IMG/VR virus record: IMGVR_UViG_3300025036_000012
Coordinates: 1 to 26,413 of that record
From: a virus
Lineage: Duplodnaviria; Caudoviricetes
Direction: 5' to 3' (one strand)
Length of the DNA: 26,413 nt
Part shown: positions 8,499-15,303 of the stretch, in pieces
How the letters are laid out: every line of letters begins with the position of its first letter
Numbering within the stretch: position 1 is the first letter of the stretch
Program-made: the position numbers and the translations under genes
Notes under the pieces: model-generated
The model's input: the letters and a program-made list of their open reading frames with translations, nothing else
Databases searched by the model: none
What the model was told of the DNA's origin: nothing

Positions 8499-8934
8499 GC
8501 AACCTCCTGTCTAATAGGAACGCGTAACTATCAATTAGAACCCTTATTTCACTCACGAGTTCATCTACCATCGTATAATCCCCCCATGTCCAGGTCTGAT
8601 GCTTTCCCGCCGCCGTTCGCGCTCGTTTCAGTGCTTGCTTGAGGCGATCCTCCTTCTCCGCTAGTCGAGTCCTTTTACCTGTCGTCATCGTTTCTGTCAT
8701 GGCGCCTCCTGCGCCGAAGTCTTCAGCCCAGGCAACGGCTTCCGCCTGTGAATCGAGATACTCACTGTCGAGCGGGTCTGCCTCACCCAAGTCGAAGTCC
8801 TCTTGCGAGGCGAAGACTGAAGCTTCCCATTCTGAGCGGTCATCGCTTTCGCGGACATTAAATACCTTCCCGTCACCAGAGGTTGCCACCCCTCCGCGAG
8901 TGCCAAACATTGAGGTTGACCAACTCCATTTCAT
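8485..8934 (-). CDS. Early hypothetical protein: acidic N-terminal half plus helical C-terminal half with its own internal start (ATG 8700)
   Basis: AAGGAG 6 nt before ATG 8934; in-frame AGGAGG-CGCC-ATG at 8700. Confidence 0.75.
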   Translation of the reverse strand: MKWSWSTSMFGTRGGVATSGDGKVFNVRESDDRSEWEASVFASQEDFDLGEADPLDSEYLDSQAEAVAWAEDFGAGGAMTETMTTGKRTRLAEKEDRLKQALKRARTAAGKHQTWTWGDYTMVDELVSEIRVLIDSYAFLLDRRLRDVE

Positions 8935-8951
8935 TGTTCTCTCCTTGATTT

Positions 8952-9006
8952 AGGTTAGGACGGGGCAGATGCCCCGTTTCGCCCTGCCAGGCTCATCGGC
9001 TAACCT
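8952..9006 (-). ncRNA. Type I hammerhead ribozyme (variant core CCGAUGA), predicted cleavage after GUC, between 8959 and 8958
   Basis: Minus-strand RNA reads AGGUUAG-CCGAUGA-GCCU(GGCA)GGGC-GAAA-CGGGGC(AUCU)GCCCCG-UC-CUAACCU. Stem I has 7 bp, stem II 4 bp with a GNRA loop, and stem III is complete. All core residues are present except U4>C. Confidence 0.88.
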
Positions 9007-9048
9007 TCATTTCCTCCTTGTTTGGTAATAGTTCAGCATCACATACAG

Positions 9049-9118
9049 AGTATAATGCTCCTCCGCAGCCGTGTCAAGTCCTTTTGGGTTCTTTTCTGGG
9101 TTTTTCTTTCTTGCCTCG
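9049..9118 (-). promoter_or_regulatory. Strong sigma70-type early promoter P1 with A-rich upstream element
   Basis: TTGACA (9077-9072), 17-nt spacer, TATACT (9054-9049); A-tracts upstream. Confidence 0.85.
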
Positions 9119-9194
9119 AAGTCAGGCAGAATCGCGGGAGCCCGCATGAACACTAGAAGAACGGGGTTGCCTTTAGACGCGCTTTCCCATGCCC

Positions 9195-9240
9195 CAAAGA
9201 AAAAGAAAGAAAATGCTCAAAGGGCTTGAAAAGCCGCTGT
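9195..9240 (+). repeat. Inverted degenerate copy of the P1/P2 upstream and -35 block; may double as the late-operon terminator on the minus strand
   Basis: AAAGAAAAAGAAAGAAAATGCTCAAAGGGCTTGAAAAGCCG versus P2 AAAGAAAAAGAAGATAAAAGCGCCAAAGGACTTGACACGCG; no recognisable -10. Confidence 0.55.
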
Positions 9241-9244
9241 GCTC

Positions 9245-9904
9245 TTACCGAGGCGGTTCGGGCTGCCATTCTTCGTTGATGTAGGGGCGGATGAGATTCA
9301 GCGTCCGAAGATACCGTGCCCGGTCGGGCAGAGGAATGAACCGAATAAAGTCTTTGTAGAGAGTTCGGTAAAGAGCTATCTGCGGCGGCTCGATCGCCGC
9401 AATCGCACTGACCGTGAGTTCATCGGCTGCTGGATACCACTCTCCACTCAGAATACGCCGATAGAGCTTGAGGTCGACCGGGATAGCCTGAAGATGGGGA
9501 TAGTCAACGATGCTCTTCCACCTGCCCCCCCAAATCAAGCCGTAACTCTCAACAATCTCGCCGAGCTTTCGCCAAGGGTATTTCTGGTGGCTCCAAGAGG
9601 CAGAATCAAAGATCCCGCTCAGTGGCTTGCCGTTTGCGGTGCCCACAATATCGATGGCAAGCCCGAAGGCGTGCGGCCCCGGGGTCTTGATGCGCGAATA
9701 GCCTTTCTCATACACTTCCGCTTGTCGAGCGGGACTACGGAAGGTCTCGAAAGCGGCAAACGGAAGCCCCAGCTCTGAAATCTGCCTGAGGATTTCCTCG
9801 ACAACTTGCCCGAACGGCTGAAATAGATACTGGGTGTCCCGGACGATTCTCGTGCTCTTCCATTCGGGCTGCGTCTTAAGCCACTCTAGGTGCGTCTGTG
9901 CCAT
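9245..9904 (-). CDS. Endolysin, M15 family metallopeptidase (L-Ala-D-Glu peptidase-like)
   Basis: ETFRSPARQAEVY, PHAFGLAIDIV, WGGRWKSIVDYPHLQ. Start moved to ATG 9904, 7 nt after AAAGGAG. Confidence 0.88.
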   Translation of the reverse strand: MAQTHLEWLKTQPEWKSTRIVRDTQYLFQPFGQVVEEILRQISELGLPFAAFETFRSPARQAEVYEKGYSRIKTPGPHAFGLAIDIVGTANGKPLSGIFDSASWSHQKYPWRKLGEIVESYGLIWGGRWKSIVDYPHLQAIPVDLKLYRRILSGEWYPAADELTVSAIAAIEPPQIALYRTLYKDFIRFIPLPDRARYLRTLNLIRPYINEEWQPEPPR

Positions 9905-9983
9905 AGCCATTCTCCTTTGCTTTATGCTGCAAGGCGCCGTAGTTTCACGCAAACAACGCGCACAGATTGCGTCACATTGCAGT

Positions 9984-10280
9984 CTAGCTGGTCTTGCACT
10001 TGAGCAAGTTCTCGATAGGCTTCGTAAGCACGGTGCGGCTCGCATTCTGTGCTGCCCAGGCGGCGACGGCTCCAGCGAATAAGTCGGTCGCCGTTCCCGT
10101 GGTTGGTAGGAGAAGTGCGCTGGCATAGAAACCCGCGAAGCCGCCGATGATGGTATCGAGCAGATACTTTGGGTTGAACTCGTTCCGCTCTTTCGATGAC
10201 CACCAGCCGAGAAGCGTCTTGGCAGTAACAGCTAAAAGCACACCGCCCAGAAGCCACAGGTTGTTATTGGGTGTTTGCAT
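9984..10280 (-). CDS. Putative holin
   Basis: 98 aa with 2-3 hydrophobic segments, directly upstream of the endolysin; GGAGGTG SD. Confidence 0.6.
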   Translation of the reverse strand: MQTPNNNLWLLGGVLLAVTAKTLLGWWSSKERNEFNPKYLLDTIIGGFAGFYASALLLPTTGTATDLFAGAVAAWAAQNASRTVLTKPIENLLKCKTS

Positions 10281-10291
10281 CGTTCACCTCC

Positions 10292-10615
10292 CTAAATAAA
10301 GTGTAGAACCACATTAACGCCAGCCATAAACAGGCCCACTCCAATCACCGTAAGGATGGTCTTGATTAGCAGCGTCTTCACTTCACATACCTGTTTCGTG
10401 AAGTTGTCCATCTGTTCGTCCACGCCCTCCTTGTAGGTTTGAAAGCTCTTTTGGAGTCCCGAGTGTTCCGCCTTGTGCACCGCCCTCCATTCGGCAAGCC
10501 CATCAATGCGGTTTCTCTCTTGATCCAGCGATTTGCCGACCCCGTTGATTGCCGCGGTCGCCTCGGCGATCTTGTAATCACGAAGCCGCCTATCGTTCTC
10601 TGTTTGCTCCATCAT
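10292..10615 (-). CDS. Coiled-coil protein with C-terminal TM helix (XhlA-like lysis-cassette protein)
   Basis: Helical N-terminus; C-terminal LLIKTILTVIGVGLFMAGVNVVLHFI; position in the lysis cassette. Confidence 0.55.
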   Translation of the reverse strand: MMEQTENDRRLRDYKIAEATAAINGVGKSLDQERNRIDGLAEWRAVHKAEHSGLQKSFQTYKEGVDEQMDNFTKQVCEVKTLLIKTILTVIGVGLFMAGVNVVLHFI

Positions 10616-10884
10616 TGCCTTGCCAACTCCCTTATCTTTCGCACCGCAAGCTCAATGCCAAGGTTACGCAAGCTCAGCCGCAGGTGCCCCTTGTTCGCAC
10701 AAAGCTCATCTGAAACCGACTCCCATTTCTGGTGCGATGGAATGGCGCGTCCCTGCTGCTCGCTTACCAAGCCTTGAATTCGCCGCCAGTCGCGGTCGCC
10801 AATCAGGTTTCGGGCGAGGAGGTCAATAAGCATACGGCGCCCTTCCCGCTGAACGGTCTTCTTAAGGTTTCCGAATATGTTCAT
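10612..10884 (-). CDS. Hypothetical protein
   Basis: ATGA overlaps at both ends; GAGGTG upstream of ATG 10884. Confidence 0.6.
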   Translation of the reverse strand: MNIFGNLKKTVQREGRRMLIDLLARNLIGDRDWRRIQGLVSEQQGRAIPSHQKWESVSDELCANKGHLRLSLRNLGIELAVRKIRELARQ

Positions 10885-12221
10885 CTCGTGCACCTCGTTA
10901 GGAAATAATCAAGCGTCATGCCTTTTGGCGCCTTCTCTAGGGTGATAATATGTGCGCCCAGAAGGAGCGCCCCCGCTGGAATATTGGTCGTTATCGGCAC
11001 GCCAGCCACCGCATCATCGTGATAGAAGCGCACCGATGCACCTGTCTTTTTGAAGCCGAAATGATGCACTGCCGTATCCGCCATAACGCCAAGGTCGGTT
11101 GTGGTTTGCACCCCGCCATCTCGGCACACGCCTTGCCAATTGCCACCTAGGTTGTCATCAACCCGTTCCACATAGATGCCATCAGTAGGTTGGGAGCTTA
11201 TCCAATCGGCTGCTAGCCCCGCCCGCATCGCGACATATCCAACCTGGTGAGCCCCAAGGCTAAAGCGCACCAGCGGGTCACCCAGCGGGTCGTAAGCACC
11301 GAAGGCGAGATAGAGGTATGCGATCGCATCTACGGTTGCGGGGGACATTAGCCCCACCAGCCCATTGATGCACGGGACGCTGCTCATCCCGTGCATCAGC
11401 TCCCACGAGGCAGGAACCCCCTCGTAAAAGTCCTGAGCAAAGTCCGCATAGCTCGCCGGGCTAGAGAGGTGGGCTAGCTCATCCCAGGTCACCCCGTTAT
11501 CTCGGTAGACCGTGCCCAGGTCTAGAGCGACATAGATGCGGCCGCTGGTACCCGCCGCCGGGCGGTCGCCCAGGTCACCTCGCATGATGACTGCGCTTCC
11601 AAGCGGGAGTTCGCCACTTAGTATCGCCGAAGCAGCGCCGATCACAAACGGAATCGCCTTGAATGCCGGCGTCAGGTTTAGCGTAAGAAATTGATCGAGG
11701 GTTTCTGGGTTCTCATAGGACGCAACCGCAATCGTGCCGTCCTCATTTAGGGTGCCCCCGAGAAGCGACGAAGGTGTGGGGTCGGTGTCGGTGGCTTTCA
11801 CCAGATGATCATTTGTCCCCCCCCCGCCCACGTGGTCATCCACATACTTCTTCGTTGCGGCATCCTGGTCGAGAGTGGGGTCTACCACCGCCTTGATCTT
11901 ATTCGTGCCCATATCCAGCTCGCCGAGCATCGGTTGCGTGCCATCGCGAGCAAGCTTCTCGGCATCAAGCTCGTTTAGAGCCGCTTGAACCTCAACCGCT
12001 GCCAGGTTGCCCTGAGGTGTGTTTGTGATGGCAGCGGCGGGGTGAGCGTCAGCATCGCTCCTGCCTTCGAGGTCATTATGCTGCATTTCCATTGCGGGGC
12101 CGCCGGCACCGTAAGAAGGATTCGGCTGGGCAGCCCCAGAGGTTATTGGTGTCTGGACTTCTGCCACTGCTTCTTCAGCGATTTCCTTGATTTTCCGGCG
12201 CAAGGTATCTTTCGTTGTCAT
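10881..12221 (-). CDS. Tail fibre / receptor-binding protein
   Basis: Fibre repeat LDMGTNKIKAVVDPTLDQDAATKKYVDD; RPAAGTSGRIYVALDLGTVYRDNGVTW; beta-rich ConA/LamG-like C-terminus; last tail gene. Confidence 0.8.
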   Translation of the reverse strand: MTTKDTLRRKIKEIAEEAVAEVQTPITSGAAQPNPSYGAGGPAMEMQHNDLEGRSDADAHPAAAITNTPQGNLAAVEVQAALNELDAEKLARDGTQPMLGELDMGTNKIKAVVDPTLDQDAATKKYVDDHVGGGGTNDHLVKATDTDPTPSSLLGGTLNEDGTIAVASYENPETLDQFLTLNLTPAFKAIPFVIGAASAILSGELPLGSAVIMRGDLGDRPAAGTSGRIYVALDLGTVYRDNGVTWDELAHLSSPASYADFAQDFYEGVPASWELMHGMSSVPCINGLVGLMSPATVDAIAYLYLAFGAYDPLGDPLVRFSLGAHQVGYVAMRAGLAADWISSQPTDGIYVERVDDNLGGNWQGVCRDGGVQTTTDLGVMADTAVHHFGFKKTGASVRFYHDDAVAGVPITTNIPAGALLLGAHIITLEKAPKGMTLDYFLTRCTR

Positions 12222-14461
12222 TCGCCCAAGACCCCCGCAAGATAATGCGTCCCCTCGAATTCCACCTTGTCTGGCGTCATGGTAAGCGATTCAATCAGAA
12301 TGTCCAACCTGTTATTGGGTGCATGGATATTCCACGGGTCGGTAATCCGCGCCACATCGAATAGCATAGCATCTGGACGGAACGGTGCCGCCCCCCTGAC
12401 CCTCTGGTAGACGCGGATTAGCTCATTCAGCTCAAGGTTAGCGAACTTCCGCGCCCGCGCTGCGCTCACAACCCTTAAACCCTCCTCGAGCTTACCGACA
12501 TAACCCACGGTATAATAAGTCTTATCGTATAGCTGGGGAGCTTGAATGTCGGGGTAGGTCGCTACTCCGGGGGTGATTTTGGCCTCCGTCTGGTAAGTGC
12601 TTGAGCCATATATACGAAGCTCGGCGAGCGAGCACGACCGCTCGCCGCCAGAGCGCACATCTTTGCAAGGCTGCATTTTCACCTTCAGATACCGACAGGG
12701 CGTAGGGGCGAGCAGTTCAAAGTCCGTTCCCTTCCCCCATTCGGCTGGATTCAGCCGCACATCTCGTGCCCTTGCGCCGAGGTCTATCCAGCTCGTGGGT
12801 CCCGGTGGGTCAGCCACATCGTCAGGACTGCCCTGGAGCCACAGATACCAACTGAAGTGATTCTTGGAGAAGCCTGGAAATGCGGTGGCACGCTCGAGGT
12901 TCTGCGGGGTGCCGAGGTCGATCTGGACAAAGTCCTTATAGGGCAAGCCTTCTGGATCGGCGCCCGAAGTGTAATCATACCAATACCGATAGCGGTCTTT
13001 GGTATTGCCGTTGATGAGGTTAAGCGGGTTCTCGTCGCCAGCGTCAGCGTCCCAGAACGGGGGCGGTGGCACCGTGGGTGTCAGCAGGAGTTTGAACGCC
13101 CCCGCTGCCAGTCCATCAAGCAGGCTCTTCTCTTGACGGACTTCCGCTTTCACAACCAGCGCCGTAACAAGCTCTTCACCAGAGCGTGGACTTTGCGCTT
13201 CGATGATTCGCCGAGCAGTTACCTCGAAATCTGGCAACGGGACCTCTGGCTCGACCCCCTGCTTCCCCATGTGAACAAGCTTGCCGACTATATTCCCCGT
13301 TGTTGGCTCGTGCCAGATGTAATAGTTCGGCGGAAGCAGTTCATTCTGCTTCATTGATTGGATAAGGCTCGCCACAGTGCCCGAACTCTTGAGCCACGCA
13401 AGGGAACTTACGGTAAGCGTAGAAGCGCACAGCGTGGATTTCACAGCCGCGCCGTTCCCCGTTGCCCCGGGGTAAGGATATAGAAGTATGATTGTATCTG
13501 GGGGGGTAACCGTTGCCACGACACCATATTTGTCGTAGGTCTCGGTTGTCAAGCGGATTCGGTCATAGGGGCTTAGTTCCTCCGCTATCGCCCCGCCAGC
13601 AACCGTAACCGTTGTCGAACCATTGGTAAATGCGAAGGTACCCGTGAGCGCCGACTGTAGTTCCGCATCCCCAAAGCCAGGGCCGAAACTCGCCTTTGGA
13701 TACCGAAGCGCCTGCTCGATGATTCGCTCTGCTTCAAGGGTGCCCTCTTGGTAAACGCTCAGCGTTTCGAGCGTATAAGTTGCAGCAGGTTCATACGCGA
13801 CTTGAAGTGTTACCCGCCCCCAGTCGGGCTCCGCGAGGTAGTGAGAACTATCCATAGTGGTGCCATTCTTAAGGAGACGGCTAGCAACCGTTGGCACCCA
13901 CGAACGCCGCCGGGTACCCCACCAAGCTTCTGGGTGAGCTGCCGGATTGACCTCAAGGCATTGTGGGTCGACCTCTCCATCGGCAGAGCTCGCTCGAAGA
14001 GTTACCGCGCCGCCCCCTCCCACCGTAATGCGGGTGGCTTCCAGCGAGAAGACGGCGAACTGAAAAGTCAGCTTCCACAGAATATCGTAGGCAATCACAC
14101 TGAAAGCTTCATCTTCGGGTTCGGGGTCGCTAATGAACCCCTGGAACAGGGTAAAGTCTTCGTAGCCACCGGTATCGAGATAGAATCGGCAAATAAGGAC
14201 GACTTCAGCATACATCTGGAGGGGGTTCCCGGTATCGGTTTCGTCGGAATAAAGAAGCAACGCCGACTCATCGGGGTCTTTCACCTGTTGAATCGCCGCC
14301 CGCAGCTCACCCGCCAGCGTGTCGCGGTGATGCTGGCGGGTGAAATTCACCAGTTCAACTTCCGTCCACTCGCCGCCGACCTTGGCCATCGCCCCGTTCC
14401 GTGCTTTAAGGATGAACTTCCGCTGGTAACGGTCAAGTTCGATTGTAGAGCCGATTGTCAT
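12218..14461 (-). CDS. Tail tip/baseplate hub protein with a discoidin (F5/8 type C)-like insert
   Basis: Second gene after the tape measure; NLINGN...FVQIDLGTPQNL...LQGS...CRYLKVKM...SLAELRIYG. Confidence 0.7.
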   Translation of the reverse strand: MTIGSTIELDRYQRKFILKARNGAMAKVGGEWTEVELVNFTRQHHRDTLAGELRAAIQQVKDPDESALLLYSDETDTGNPLQMYAEVVLICRFYLDTGGYEDFTLFQGFISDPEPEDEAFSVIAYDILWKLTFQFAVFSLEATRITVGGGGAVTLRASSADGEVDPQCLEVNPAAHPEAWWGTRRRSWVPTVASRLLKNGTTMDSSHYLAEPDWGRVTLQVAYEPAATYTLETLSVYQEGTLEAERIIEQALRYPKASFGPGFGDAELQSALTGTFAFTNGSTTVTVAGGAIAEELSPYDRIRLTTETYDKYGVVATVTPPDTIILLYPYPGATGNGAAVKSTLCASTLTVSSLAWLKSSGTVASLIQSMKQNELLPPNYYIWHEPTTGNIVGKLVHMGKQGVEPEVPLPDFEVTARRIIEAQSPRSGEELVTALVVKAEVRQEKSLLDGLAAGAFKLLLTPTVPPPPFWDADAGDENPLNLINGNTKDRYRYWYDYTSGADPEGLPYKDFVQIDLGTPQNLERATAFPGFSKNHFSWYLWLQGSPDDVADPPGPTSWIDLGARARDVRLNPAEWGKGTDFELLAPTPCRYLKVKMQPCKDVRSGGERSCSLAELRIYGSSTYQTEAKITPGVATYPDIQAPQLYDKTYYTVGYVGKLEEGLRVVSAARARKFANLELNELIRVYQRVRGAAPFRPDAMLFDVARITDPWNIHAPNNRLDILIESLTMTPDKVEFEGTHYLAGVLGE

Positions 14462-15303
14462 CTCGTGCTATCCCAAGTAACACCTGCCACGGCGGGGTCT
14501 TCGGTGCCCCATCCAAGCGGCACCAGTGCCGGCGGCAACATTGTCGTGACGACCCCGGAGCCATTATTGCCCCACTTGTGATTAACTTCCACTAGCGCGC
14601 GGGCTGCTGGGTCAGGGGCGTTCTCGATAAGCTGCTTGATGTCCGCCGAGGTTGTGAGTATCGCCCCCCCCGGAGCCGTCGCCAGATATATCGTTATCGC
14701 GTGCTCAACGACGGTGAAATAGAGCGGCTGACTTGGCCCAGGATCGTCATAGGCTATTGTGATGTCCGCGTATTTCTTAGCCGTATAGCGCAGGTCGTTG
14801 TTATCCCCTGCCAGTGCTGTTTCCAAGTCGGCAACCCAGGCGCCATCCAGGTCGAGCAGAAACTCATAGCGAGCGGGGCCGCCGTCAATCAGAGCTATAT
14901 TTGCGGTGGCGTTGCGATAGAATAGTGCACGGCATCCTTCTTCTGCCTCTGTTAGCCAGCCCCTATATGCGGGACCGCCGCAACCTACCAAGCGGGCGGC
15001 ATCCCGCAGCAGCACATAGACGAGCATCTTGTTATGGTCGGCATAGAGATCAAGGGAGGCGCCAAGCCGCCGCTTCGGCTCCCCTGGGTCGTTCAATGCT
15101 TCCACGGTCAGGTCCCGGCGGGGGATAAGCAGCTCAAGGCGGATCGGGTATCGTTCCTTGGAATCTGCTATCAGAACGGGAAGCCCAACGCGTGGCACGA
15201 CTTCTCTGTCGGGGATACTCACCTCGATAGCCGCCCCCACGAAGGGGCGTGTGGCAAAGACCCAGAGGTTAGAATTGTCCTTGAGAAAGAGCCGCGCTTG
15301 CAT
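14458..15303 (-). CDS. Putative distal tail protein
   Basis: Immediately downstream of the tape measure, TAATG coupling, beta-rich 281 aa. Confidence 0.55.
   Translation of the reverse strand: MQARLFLKDNSNLWVFATRPFVGAAIEVSIPDREVVPRVGLPVLIADSKERYPIRLELLIPRRDLTVEALNDPGEPKRRLGASLDLYADHNKMLVYVLLRDAARLVGCGGPAYRGWLTEAEEGCRALFYRNATANIALIDGGPARYEFLLDLDGAWVADLETALAGDNNDLRYTAKKYADITIAYDDPGPSQPLYFTVVEHAITIYLATAPGGAILTTSADIKQLIENAPDPAARALVEVNHKWGNNGSGVVTTMLPPALVPLGWGTEDPAVAGVTWDSTR

Noticed and set aside
9051-9056. Perfect TATAAT on the plus strand (also 7794-7799)
   Set aside because: No -35 or extended -10 TG upstream on the plus strand; explained by overlap with the minus-strand -10 region.
9922-10257. 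Overlapping alternative-frame ORF in the holin as a nested spanin
   Set aside because: No signal peptide or lipobox and no clear SD.
10612-12221. Possible diversity-generating retroelement target in the tail fibre
   Set aside because: No reverse transcriptase and no template/variable repeat pair seen in the window.
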